The notes below the pieces were generated by a model. That model made no database searches. It saw only the letters and a program-made list of their open reading frames with translations, and was not told the DNA's origin. Below, in pieces: positions 1 through 12,454 of a stretch of DNA of 64,000 nucleotides; position 1 is the stretch's first letter, and each line of letters opens with the position of its first letter. The DNA is from Eledone cirrhosa (taxonomy: Eukaryota), in contig OZ024746.1 in assembly GCA_964016885.1 (NCBI GenBank), positions 32,922,001 through 32,986,000 of the forward strand, in the 5' to 3' direction. A program made the translations under genes and the position numbers.

Positions 1-683
1 CATGGGCACAACAAGAACAATTATGATTGACTTTATAGGCTAGACAATGTTTCGACTTACACAAATCGTTCGAAACAATTATATTATTACTTCATTATAT
101 CCTTTCACAAAATCCCGCTCTTCCCTGAAAAATTGTTAATTTTTGAGCTGAAGAATTGTTTATAGGAGGCGCTTGATCTGCTAGAAATAGCACCCACATA
201 TTCTTGAAATTGCACTGTCATTTTTAAGAAATACAATCAATAGTGTTACAAAACACAACGATGGAATCATGATTGGAATGTCATTGGTCTTACGTATGTT
301 CGATCAGGGCTAAATTGAGGCTAAATATAAGAAACTGTACATCTTTGTGGGTGATTGATATTTTCTATTTATTCTCTGGCTGTTGTTTATCCCACATCAG
401 CGGTGATTGAGCTACCCTGTGGATTGCATTTTTACATAGCGACTTTTTTTCCCAATACTACGAGATGTCTTTTGATGACAAATTGTTTACTACTGTTAGA
501 AAGTCACGTGTCTACAGGACGATGTCTCCGATATTCATTCATTTTATTATTTATTTTTACGAGATCTGATTTTACAACACAAATTAATTATTGTTGTTGG
601 TTTGAACAGCAGATGATCGTTGATAAATGATAGTCTGAATGTAACACAATTCATTCAAGATCATGTGACCTTAGTATTCTAAA

Positions 684-747
684 GTTGCTTCTGACAGGAC
701 TCGCTGGAAGGAGAGTTTGAAGACTCTATACCCTACGACCTTCTCAG

Positions 748-748
<1 letters not shown>
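684..748 (+). mobile_element. 3' end relic of an RTE-type LINE with (AAT)n tail
   Basis: GTTGCTTCTGACAGGACTCGCTGGAAG...ACGACCTTCTCAGGAA aligns by eye with 20332-20396, which ends an RTE-like C-terminal reading; both run into (AAT)n. Confidence 0.5.

Positions 749-820
<72 letters not shown>
749..820 (+). repeat. (AAT)n microsatellite, 3' flank of the Tx1-like LINE
   Basis: Perfect AAT run. Confidence 0.98.
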
Positions 821-821
<1 letters not shown>

Positions 822-1063
822 TTTTCTTTATTAACCACAAGGGTTTACATAAAGTAGACATTAAGGACAGTACAGGACAATACAGGACGGTACAAATGGG
901 CATTTCTGCGTGTAAAAAAACAGAGGATGTAATAAAATAACAAAGAAAAATTCCCCAATAGGGGGGAGACTTCCGAGGGACATTTGTGGAGAAAGCCCAT
1001 TAAAAGACCACAGTGACCCTGACCACCAGGGCAAGTGCCCTCTCCCAGTTTTTCACCTTTAAT

Positions 1064-4000
1064 TTACAGACATATACTCAGAGTAGGTCCATTCACTGGG
1101 GCCATACTTGCTTCTCTCACCCATCTTTCAACAAAATGCTGGGAAGAGAGCACTTCCCTCTCTACGCTGATTTTCCTTTTCAAATGAAATTTGAAAAAGT
1201 TAATCAGGGCATCACCGAAGAGGTAAGTGCTCGTCTTCAGCCCTTTCAAACGTGTCCACCATACTATCTCTTTCGCCATGGCCACCAGACAGATAAAAAC
1301 TGCCTGCCCTTCCCGGCTAAAGGAAGAGGGCGGGGCAATCCTCACGATGGACTCAGCTGATAGCTGGATCCGTCCTACACGTGACAGCAGGTGTTCGACA
1401 TAAAGCCACAAGTCAGCAATGCTCGGACACTGGACGAGTGCGTGCAGGACAGTTTCGTCGCCCTGCGCGCATCTCGGACATGCCCGTCTGATGGCACCTC
1501 CATGCCTGTAGAGTTTATCCCGAACTGGCAAAGCTCCCCGGTAGCACTGCCAGGCCAGGGATTTCTGGAAGTTGTCCATAGGCCCCGGCCCGAAAGTCCT
1601 TCCGAAGAGATTGGCTAGTTGATTTTTGTCGACGCCTAGAGTTTCTCCAAGTATATCGTCGCTCTTCCCCTCCACTAATCCCCTATAGAATGCCAAGGTG
1701 GAGTTTCCACCGATCACATTGCCCGATTGGTCGAGGGCTGTGAGCGCCTGAAGACACTCCAGTCACCAAGCGCTCCCTGTTGGTCTTTGTTTTACCCAGG
1801 ACTGCAGCTCCGTCAAGGAGACGAGCTGGGGAAAGACGTGTCTAGCAAACGGCGACCACACCTGATCACCGTCGAGGAAGAGGTGGAGATGTTGTAGCCT
1901 GAGCACGTGTCTGCGCATCATCAGCCACGGCATGCCCAGCCCTCCACGTAGTGGGTGTTGACAGCAGATGGACCGTCTGACCATCGGAGCGCGTCCCTTC
2001 CACAAAAAGCGAAAGAGCAAACGCTCCAGCGCAGTCAGGCGGGGCTTAGGACAAGGTACGACAGTCAGGCGGTAGTAGATGACGGACGCGATGTACGCGT
2101 TAGCCACCTCCGCTCGACCTTTCAGGAATAGCTTCCTCTCCGCCCATTTCTGGATGAGAGAAGCCACCCTGCTCGTCAACTCGCCCCAGTTTTTGTCCGT
2201 CTGGAGGTCCGGACCGAACCAGACCCCGAGCAATTTACCGGTCCGTCCGTTCAGCCCCAGATGACGCTGTTGGACGGCATGGACCTGCCCCTCCAGGTGC
2301 CGAGCTGCAGGCCCACTGACTTTTCCTGGTTGATCATTGCTCCTGTCACCGCTTCGTATTCTCTTAGTGCAGTGCCGATCGCCTCGATGTGTTTGGCGTT
2401 CGACACCACTACGGTGACATCGTCCGCATATGCTGACACGGATCTTCCGCATCCTAGTTCGCGCGGAACGCCCCTCAACGTCTCCAGTTGTGCAGTAATG
2501 GCTCGAGATTCAATACGTACAAGAGGGACGAGAGGGACATCCCTGGCGGACCGAGCGCATGATGTTGAACGGTTCCGAAAGGTGACCGTTCACTCTCACC
2601 ACAGAGCAGATGTCGCTGTGCATGGCAGCGATCCAGCCTCTGAAGACGGGCCTAAAGCCAGCCGCCCTCAGGACTGCCGCTAGGTAACGATGGTCGAACC
2701 TATCGAAAACTTTCGACTGATCTAAATTGATCAAGGACCCACCCGTGCCAGGTTCCCTAGCTACCCTCTCCACGATGTATCGCATGAGGTGGAAGTTGTC
2801 GTGGATGGATCTGTCGGGAATGGCGCATGTCTGCGCCTCTCCCACCAGACCACCAGCGACAAGCGCCAACCTCTTTGCTAGCACCTTGGCCAAAATCTTG
2901 AACTCTGTGTTTAGCAGAGTTATGCCTAAAATTATCTATGTTATCCCCCTTGTTCGGATCCTTTCTCAGCAACGCCACCGCTCCTCGGCTCACAGAGCTG
3001 GGAATTCTCCCGTTCTGTTGCCAGTTGCAGTAGACGTCCGCCAAGAGGCCTCCGAACAAGTCTGGCATTTGTACGTAAAGTTCATAGGGCAGACCATCCA
3101 AACCAGGCGATTTACCCCTTGTGCAGCCAGTCATTGCCTCCCGTACTTCAGCGGCTGTTATCGGCTTTTCGCAACACTCCGCCTCAGTGGCCGAAAGCCG
3201 CGGCAGTCCGTCGAGGTAGACACTAAAGTCCATCCCTCGATCCGGCCCGCCACTTCCCCTGAACAGTTGAGCGAAGTGTCGCTGAAAAGCTTCACACATT
3301 TACTCGGGATCGAGTAGCATGCGCCCGTCGTGGTCCACCAAAGACCGGATCGTGGCTTTGTTGCCACGACGCGCCTCCGCCACTCGGGCCCATTGAACGG
3401 CTTTCGTCCCCTCGTGTCTGAGAGCACGCACCCTAGCTCTGACAACGCAACCTTCGTGCTTTGCATTGAAGAATTGGTCAAGGGCCAATTTCGCCGCAAG
3501 TACGTCGGTCCCGATGCCTTTGCTAAGCGCCTCGTCTAATTTTCTAACTAATTCTCCCTCTGCTCTATTTTTCTCTCTTGCTAAAGCCTTACTAAATCTA
3601 ATGGACTCTATTCTAATTGCTCTTTTCAGAGCAAACCACCACTTGTTGACGATGGCCCCCGTCAACGCCCGCTTAACTAGTTCCCTAATCCGGTCTCTGT
3701 AGGCCTTGCGCGCTGGTAAGGACGCGTTTAGCTTCCAGTAGCCGGGTCCTCGTCTATGAAGCCTATCTAAGTCAAGCACACAGATCACGAATTTGTGGTC
3801 CGTGTAGCTGACTATCTTGAATTGTGGACAGCCTATGCTAGACCTATCTATTTCCCTACAAAATACTCTATCTAGATATGATCTGGATGACCCTATGCGA
3901 TTTGTCCAAGTCCACATTGGTACATTCGGGAAATCCAATCGGTACCTGTCAGACAGTTCAAAACTCCTGAGCAGGTTGGTGAGACTCTTGCACCCTTCTC

Positions 4001-4473
4001 CCCTATCCACTAATCCCACACAATCCCAGCGTGCATCTAAGATCCCGTTCCAGTCGCCCACTAACACTAAAGAGCGGGACGTTCCAAGAAAGGTCTCCAG
4101 ACGCCGGAAGAAATCAGGCCGCCCTGCTCCTGTCGGGGCATAGACGGCCACTAGCCTGAAAGTTGCCCGTCTCCGCTGGTCACGTCCAGCACCACCAACT
4201 TACCTTCTGGGTCCAGGAAGATGGCCCGTATGGCAAGATACAAACCTCTCCGAAAAAGCACAGCAACTTCACCCCCGATCCCGGACGGCTGGGAGATGCG
4301 TACACATCGTAGCCGCCGAAGATCGGTGCGAAGGCCCGTGCTTCGGAGATTCTGGTCTCGCTGATGGCCACTACATCTATGTTTAGTGACCTGAGGTCGT
4401 TGAGCAGGCGGCCGTGCTTCCACGACGACCCCAAGCCACGCGCATTTATGCTGCCTATTCTGAGTGAGGTCAT
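1064..4473 (-). pseudogene. Tx1-like ORF2 (APE endonuclease, reverse transcriptase, C-terminal zinc-binding domain), frameshifted
   Basis: GSINARGL, AISETR, VYAP, VGDWN, SYLDRVF, YTDHK, GPGYWKLN (APE); KSPGLDGLPYELY, LDQSKVFDRFDH, SVRQGCP, AYADD (RT); CPRC..ETVLHALVQC. Split over several ORF-track fragments. Confidence 0.93.
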
Positions 4474-4507
4474 GTTGAAAAGGAGTGGAAAAGATGGGAA
4501 AGACCAC

Positions 4508-6453
4508 TTACCTTACTTCTCGTAGAGGAAGGACGGTTTTTCCATCCTTTTCACTGCTTGTGGCCTCCTCAGGAAGGATGTCCTTATAAATCCTCCTGGA
4601 GAGTGCTTGTCGGAAGTCTCCGATGTCTTTGGGGAATTTTTGTTTTAGTGTCATGTACGTTTTCTGTGTGATGCGAGTGATTCGTATGTGTGGAGGTGGT
4701 GTGAATTTTTGGGTTGCTGTGTAGTCTTTTTCTGTGATGCTGGTGTTGTGTTGGATGTAGTGTAATAATTGATTGTTATTCAAACTTAATGCTGTGTAGT
4801 GTGTAACGTTTTGGTTGTTTTGTTTTGTTTGCGTTTGTTGTTGGCTTGTATCTGTTTCGCATTTTGGTGACTTTTGTGGTGTAGGTGATGGTGGTGTTGG
4901 GATTAATGATGGTGATGGTGTTGGTGTTTGGGGTGATGGGGTTGGTGATGCTGGTGTGGATGGTGGCATATCTGTCCTAACTTTTTTGTTTGTTAATTTA
5001 TTTGTTTCCCTCTGTATTTTGTTTTTGGAGGCGGAAGGAAGAGAATTTTTTCTTTTTTGGTTTCTTTTTTTTTCCTGATACCGTTTCCCACTCCTCGTCG
5101 TCACAATCTGTCTCCAGTTGTGATAGGCCGGGGAGTGGAAAATCCTCCACAGCCGCTGGTTTTGGTTGTGGCGTGGTGGATGGTGTAGGCGCTGGTGCTA
5201 GTCCTGGCGCGTTGGGTGGTGGTGGTGTTGGTTTTGCTACTGTTGCTGGGGTTGTTGCTGTTACAGTTGCTTCTGTTGTTGCTGCCATTTCTGATGCTGG
5301 TGGTGTTGATGGTTGAGTCACTGGGGTGGGTAAGAGAGGTGGCCTCAACCTTTTAGCCCGAGGGCCGAAAGCCCTTAGGTGGGTTCCTTCACCACAAACG
5401 ACACACCTAGGTCTTCTTCCCTCGACGATTACGGTGAGGTGGCTGCCGTCAGTTATGTCTATTACCTCTGGGATCTCCTCAATGCTTTTATGGTCCGCTT
5501 GTATCAGGAGCTCCATCCCAGATCCGGACCAGCTCTCCTGCTTTTCTTTTGCTATTTCTATTATTTTGGTGTTGGCCTCGATGCCGCTGACGACGGCAGA
5601 CATTAGCCAGGGAATTTCGATGGCCGGTGGAACGTGGTTCGTCCTGATCTTCACAAGTCTCTGGCCACAATAGCTTGGGACGAGTGTGAAGTCGTCACTT
5701 CTTAATGGGGCCATGGAGTGTTCTCTGGCCTCCTGTTCTGTTTCAAAGAACACGTCCACGGTTCCATACTTCTGCCCACGTCTGATGTGTTTTTTTTTGC
5801 CCACACATGTCCCAAAGCTTTTTGGATTTGGGACTCGGATGCCCGTTCCACTCGGCGCGATTTTATGTTTATTGTCCGATAAGACACGGTGCATAGGCGA
5901 CGTTGCTCCATTTTATTAGGTGGTGGTGGTGGTGGTGGTGGTTTGGTGAGGTTGGCCCTGTACCCATCTTTCTTTACCATTCCTTTGGCTCTAATTCCTC
6001 CTGAGTTACCTGGATCGCTTCGCACGTTTTTGCTACTCTGGCAAAACTCAGGGTAGTTTTCTTAATTTCATTGTTGCTGTTGTTATTATCGTTATTTTTG
6101 CTATTGGTAATTTTAGTTTCAGTTGTGGTGGTGGTGGCGTCAGTGGTGTTCGGTGGGGAAGAGTTCATTTTGGTTGAATTCATTTCTATATCACGAGTTA
6201 ATTTATTTTTTTCTTTTGTTTCTGTTGTCGCTGTGGTGGTGGTGGTGGTGGTGGTTGTCGCGGTGGTGGTGGTGGTGGCGGTTTTAACACCTGCAGTCAT
6301 TGGTAATGGCGGGAAATGAACGTCTGCCTGAGACACATTTAAAATATTGATACTGCTTACATTTCCAGGGTTGGCAAACGTAGCAATATTTACAATGGGG
6401 GTGTCTGTGTGAGGTGTTAGATTGTGAGGTAGGAGTGACTCTGAGACATCCAT
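4508..6453 (-). pseudogene. Tx1-like ORF1 (gag-like nucleic-acid-binding protein), broken by a stop and frameshifts
   Basis: Fragments 6453-5974, 6025-5702, 5894-4998, 5104-4508. SFARVA motif, VEGRRPRCVVCGEGTHLRAFGP (CCHC knuckle with last Cys lost), WETVSGKKKK, Pro/Thr-rich linkers. Lies directly upstream of ORF2. Confidence 0.8.
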
Positions 6454-6668
6454 GATTTTTCAAAGAAAAATTTTTGTTTGATAATTATAAAAAGTTTAAA
6501 TTTTGGGCACAAGGCCCTAATACTTTTGATTTACCTTTTCAAAAATCAATGTATGTGCACTTATATACAGTTAACAATAAACATTTTCCATAAATGGCAA
6601 TTTTAAATAACTGAAAATAACAAACCTTTGCGGAGCTCACGATGATACGATTTACTACGTAGGTCGCC

Positions 6669-6751
<83 letters not shown>

Positions 6752-6778
6752 TAATAATAATAATAATAAGAAGAAGAA
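6669..6778 (+). repeat. (AAT)n microsatellite, 5' flank of the Tx1-like LINE
   Basis: AAT run ending in a few AAG units. Confidence 0.98.
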
Positions 6779-6946
6779 TTGTCTTACCAGGACAATTCTG
6801 GTTTATTTTTCTAGTTGGTTAAGGTTGCTTCATCATATGGACACTCATTCTTTGTTTCAACAAACTGACAGTTATGTACTGTGGTAGATTTACTCGTGTC
6901 CACACATTCAACCAAAAACTTGCAACTTTATCGTTATATTGTTATA

Positions 6947-7708
6947 CTAGCTGAATGACCCAGTGTTGCCCGGGTTACTGCTGTTCTTATTCAGATAAGT
7001 AAACAATAAATATGGAGATATATAATTTTTCTCATAATTATTTCAAAATATCTATATTTTATTAAAAAAATTTCAAAATTGTAATGATAATAGAAATTAA
7101 AAATGAAAATATTTCAATCTTGAAGCACCGCAGGTTAAACAATATTCATTGTGTAATCTTTTGTTGGTGTCCAAATGAATAAATTGTTGCTGCTTCCAAC
7201 TCGTGAGCAATCAACATAGAGTTGACCGTGGGAGAAACATGTCGTAGAGAGATCAAAGCCAACTATCTTTAGGGACAGACCCTGGGATTTGTTAATTGAA
7301 ATAACAAAACTTAGTTTAACTGGTAACTGAAGCCTCTTAAATTCAACCTGACATACACTCACACACATATACATATGTGCTTAATTCTCTGTGTATCTGA
7401 TTAAGTATTTTAACATGAAGATTTATGTGTATGTAACTTCCTAAGGCCTAACGTATGTAACGAACGCACAAACACACACACTCACAGATACATACACACT
7501 CATATACAAAATGTGACGTCATCGTCATCGTGTTATAAAATGTCATTTACTTATAGTCAGTAGTAGAATATTTAAGATAAAATGTTATATTGTTTTAATT
7601 CAAATGAAAATAAAAACATGTTGTTTATTCCGGGGTCTAAATGATTTGATTCAGTCGAGCCGTTTGAGAATAGAGACAGAGAGACAAATAATTTTATATA
7701 TAGAGGGA
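6947..7708 (-). mobile_element. Complete non-autonomous Helitron (~762 bp)
   Basis: Minus strand starts A|TCCCTCTATATATAAAA and ends hairpin ACCCGGGCAACACTGGGT + CATTCAG + CTAG|T. TC...CTAG termini between host A and T, no TSD, internal helicase remnant. Confidence 0.85.
7135..7350 (-). pseudogene. PIF1-family (Helitron RepHel) helicase C-terminal remnant
   Basis: FKRLQLPVKLSFVISINKSQGLSL...CFSHGQLYVDCSRV...NIV matches the PIF1 motif V/VI pattern (QFPxxLAFAxTINKSQG...FSHGQLYVAxSRV). Confidence 0.88.
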
Positions 7709-7966
7709 TTATGCTCTTTTTAACAGATGTCATGTAAAAATATATACATATATATTTGGAATAAACATAAAAAAGATGTATATAAATAAATTAACGAAAT
7801 TATCGAGTCATTAACGCCAAGATGTTGTTTTTCAGTGCATTGTATATTGTTTATTATTGTATATGCTGTGATGTAGAAAAAAAGACAAACTCAAAACGAT
7901 ATAATTGTTTGGTGTCTAGTGAATTTATCTCATCAACTTATTAGAAACTGTTTATCTGGAGAATGA

Positions 7967-8279
7967 GTAGTAGTAGTAGTAGTAATGGTGGTGGTAGTAG
8001 TAGAAGTAGTAATGGTGGTAGTAGTAGCAGTAGTGGTAGTAATGATCGTAGTGGTAGTAGTAGTAGTTGTAGTAATAGTAGTGGTAGTAGTAATGGCAGT
8101 AGTGGTACTGGTGATAGTAGTGGTAGTGGTAGTAGTAGCAGTGGTATGGTAGAGATAATAGTAGTAATGGAAGTAGTAGTAGTTGTAGTAGTAGTGGTAT
8201 TAGTAGTAGTAGTAGCGTTAGTATTGGTAATGGTAGTAGTAGTGGTAGAGGTAGTGGTGGTGTTAGTAGTAGTAGTAGT

Positions 8280-8372
<93 letters not shown>
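7967..8372 (+). repeat. Compound (AGT)n/(GGT)n/(AGC)n microsatellite
   Basis: Seen directly. Confidence 0.95.
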
Positions 8373-8373
<1 letters not shown>

Positions 8374-8789
8374 CAATTAGAAAATGGACAATAAAAAAAT
8401 AGAAAGCTAAGGGACGATAGAATGTAAAACTATGTAGAATTGAAACAAGTGCATTAATAATAGAGATAGCAAAAGAAGGAAATGGTTAAATGTCAATAAG
8501 GTTAGACTGTAGATCATGATAACTGGGGAAAAAATGGCCACTAGAACTGAACCCCAGCAAGGTTTAGTGGAACAATTTGTATTTCGTTTGAATATGGCTG
8601 CACGTCGAAAATAAGCGTTGTTTAATACGTTTTAGAAAAGTTTAATTTACCCCCAAATAAACACCCATCTCAGTCCCAAGATGAAAGATCACATATTTAA
8701 AACTTAATTATCTAAAACGCCAACATTTCTGCAACTCTAAAGATCGATCTCTGATAAATCTTACCAGCAATATATCTCCAACACTCACG

Positions 8790-9310
8790 ACATTTGATAA
8801 GGCACTGAATATATCACAAGTCTTTGATAGGGTAGATTTATTTAAAGGTCTTTAAATACTTCAAATCCTTTTCCAAGATTGCTAGCACACTAACTAATAG
8901 ATACACAAAGAAAAAGTTCCACGCGGAATAGAGTAGTGGAATTTGGTTTGCAGTATCAAAAAAAGAATGTTTTGCCTCCAAAGCAACACACCTATAGAAT
9001 GAGTAGCTTAAACTCCTCTACCATGTAGACAGTTATCATATATCCCCCCGGCTCTATTGTATAAAGTGCTGATAACCAGGTGGTAGCTTTATCAACTGTA
9101 GCAATTCAACTCAGTATTTGAAGTCAATTACTACAGATTCTGACATGAAATCACGCTTTCGTTTGCTGTCGTCTTGTGCCAGAAGCATAACATATTCTAT
9201 TTAATTAGAAGCATAACATATTCTACTGTCATGCCTCGGAAAGTTGATAATACATGGTGTTGCTGTTATTCACAAACATACTGTGACTACTAGGAATTTG
9301 CTCCCTTGTT
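8790..9310 (+). mobile_element. Heavily degraded CR1/Jockey-group LINE relic (tentative)
   Basis: 8802-8834 reads ALNISQVFDRV (cf. ALDISKAFDRV); near 9295 reads NLLP (cf. WNxLP). No continuous frame. Confidence 0.3.
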
Positions 9311-9522
9311 TCTCATTAAACCGCAAGTCTGACTAAGAAGATAGATTCACGATACAAGTATCAATCAAATAAAATAGCCACATTACTTCACTGGTCTTTA
9401 ACGATTCCACAGGCTGTGAGACAAAGTTGACATCCGCAGGATTTAAACCCAGGAGGTTAAAGGTATACAACTAAATAGGTAATGTATCTCTCACATTGAA
9501 TAGTCCCTGCTCCTTGAACATT

Positions 9523-9561
9523 ACCACCGCCACCACCACCACCACCACCACCACCACCACC

Positions 9562-9658
<97 letters not shown>

Positions 9659-9925
9659 TGTGTTAATGCTAATCCTAGACACCATTGATTTTAATCCGGC
9701 ACTGCCTGGTTGCTCCATCATATTCACATCAACTATAAAACCGATATCACTATCATCATCATCAGCATAATCATTATCGCCATCGTCATCATCATCATCA
9801 TCTTCATCACCGCTATCATCATCTCCATTGACATCACCATTTATCATCTTCGTCTTCATTATCGTCGTCGCCATTATCTCCTCATCAAAATCCGTCTTCA
9901 CATCATCATAATCATAAATCATCAG

Positions 9926-9973
<48 letters not shown>

Positions 9974-10455
9974 AATCATAAATCATCAGCATCAACATCA
10001 TAATAATAATCATCATCATCATCATCAACGACATCGTCGCTATAATCTGTCTTCTCCACTCCCCCCCCCCCCCCCCCTCCTCCTCCTCCTCCTCCTCCTC
10101 CTCCTCCTCCTCCTCCTCCTCCTTATCACCATGATCATCATTATCACCACTACCACCACCACCACTACCGCCACCACCACCACCACCACCACCACCACCA
10201 CCACCACCACCACCACCACCACCACCACCACCACCACCACCATCATCATCAGCAACATCATCATCATCATTATTATCATCATCGACGTCGTCGTCTACAT
10301 AATCTGCCCCCTCCTAATCCTCCTCCTCATCATCATCAGCATCATCAGCATCGACGTCGTCTACATAATCTGCCTCCTCCTCCTCCTCCTCCTCCTCCTC
10401 CTCCTCCTCCTCCCCCTCCTCCTCCTCACCATCACCATCCTCATCATTATCATCA
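9523..10455 (+). repeat. Compound trinucleotide microsatellite block (ACC/ACT/ATC/CCT)
   Basis: Seen directly; explains poly-M/H/T/V ORF calls. Confidence 0.95.
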
Positions 10456-10490
10456 TGTTTACCGATATTATAACCATTACTCTCGCTAAA

Positions 10491-10658
10491 ACACTCCCCC
10501 TCTCTCTCTAGTCCATTCAACACTCCCCCTCTCTCTCTAGTTCATTCAACACTCCCCCTCTCTCTCTAGTTCATTCAACACTCCCCCTCTCTCTCTAGTT
10601 CATTCAACACTCCCCCTCTCTCTCTAGTTCATTCAACACTCCCCTCTCTCTCTAGTCC
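10491..10658 (+). repeat. 29-bp minisatellite, ~6 copies
   Basis: Unit ACACTCCCCCTCTCTCTCTAGTTCATTCA repeated head-to-tail. Confidence 0.93.
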
Positions 10659-10753
10659 CATCCTCTCCACAACCTCACACCGCCAATCGTTAAGACGCTC
10701 ATTAATCTTCCATTTCTTAGCAATATTTTTCTGTCGATATAATACAAGCGAAT

Positions 10754-11584
10754 GTGAATGTGTGTGTATGTGTGTGTGTATGTGTATGTATGTGTGTGTG
10801 TATGTGTATCTATGCGTGTGTGTATATGTGTGTGTGTATATGTGTATGTATGCGTGTGTGTATATGTGTGTGTGTGTGTATGTGTATGTATGCGCGTGTG
10901 TATGTATGTGTGTGTGTGTATGTGTGTATGTATGTGTATATATGTGTATGTGTGTATATGTGTGTATGTATGTGTGTGTGTGTGTATATGTGTGTGTGTA
11001 TATGTGTGTATGTGTGTGTGTATGTATGTGTATGTATGTGTATGTATGTGTGTGTATGTGTGTGTATGTGTGTGTGTGTATATGTGTATGTATGTATGTG
11101 CATGTATGCGTGTGTGTATGTGTGTGTATGTATGTGTGTGTGTATATGTGTATGTATGTGTATGTATGTGTGTGTGTGTGTGTATGTATGTGTGTGTGTG
11201 TGTGTATATGTGTATGTATGTGTATGTATATGTGTGTGTATGTGTGTGTATGTGTGTGTGTATGCGTGCATGTATGTATGCCTGTGTGTGTGTTGGTGTG
11301 TGTGTGTGTGTGTGTGTGTGTGTATTTAGGATTAGGTATTTACATATGTGTTTGAGATTTAGTATAAAGAGGTATGCCTCTATTCACGACTGTGTGTTTG
11401 TGAACGTAACCACCTTTGCATGGATACGTTTGTGTGTAGGATGTTCATATAGAAATCCAATATGCAGCAATATAAACGCAAAAGAAAAAAAAATATCAAT
11501 GAATAACCGAAAGTATATGTTTCAAAACAAAGATACCCTCACACACTTATACACTTATACACACGCGTACACGCACACACGCAC

Positions 11585-11617
<33 letters not shown>

Positions 11618-11689
11618 TGTATGTATGTATGTATGTATGTATGTATGTATGTACGTATATATATGTACGTATGTATATATATATGTACG

Positions 11690-11744
<55 letters not shown>

Positions 11745-11832
11745 ATATATATATGTATGTATGTATATATATATATGTATGTATGTATATATATATATAT
11801 ATGTATGTATATAATATATGTATGTATATATG

Positions 11833-11900
<68 letters not shown>

Positions 11901-11986
11901 CATACACACACACACATATATATATAGATATATAGATATATATATGTATATATATATGTATATATATGTATATATATATGTATGAA

Positions 11987-12022
<36 letters not shown>
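10754..12022. repeat. Compound (GT)n/(TATG)n/(TA)n microsatellite field
   Basis: Seen directly; interrupted by unique sequence at ~11326-11540. Confidence 0.95.
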
Positions 12023-12026
<4 letters not shown>

Positions 12027-12454
12027 CATTATACATATTTATTTAGGAAGGTTTATACACATACACGTACCCACGCATATACACATACATACGCATCTTT
12101 CTTTATATATGTATGAATATACAAATCTATTTATGTACATACACAAAGACACCTATCCACATGTAACCATACATACACCACACACTCACACACACATACA
12201 CACACATATATATATATTTACATATATATTACATTCTACTTTTTTCTACAATTATAAAACTGTTTCATTCTGTGGTGAAATCCAACGCACACAACCATAT
12301 ATATGTAAATCTAAAACGATTAAGTGTCTTGCTATAATGGTAACAAATATATTTTTCAATTCCATTGAGCTCTTTTATATATTTGCTTTGTTGAAACAAA
12401 ACCTTCTTTATCCCTATACATACAATGTGTGCATGTATGTATGTATGTATGTAT

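Larger units (their letters stand above)
821..6668 (-). mobile_element. Near full-length Tx1/L1-clade non-LTR retrotransposon, decayed
   Basis: ORF1 and ORF2 (APE-RT-zinc finger) in order on the minus strand. 3' UTR ends ...GTGGTTAATAAAGAAAAC then (ATT)n. (AAT)n tracts abut both ends. Confidence 0.92.

Noticed and set aside
1013-6319. Plus-strand ORFs overlapping the Tx1 element
   Set aside because: Antisense shadows of GC-rich LINE coding sequence with no recognisable motifs.
10491-10658. CRISPR-like 29-bp repeats
   Set aside because: Repeats are contiguous with no unique spacers, there are no cas genes, and the context is eukaryotic.
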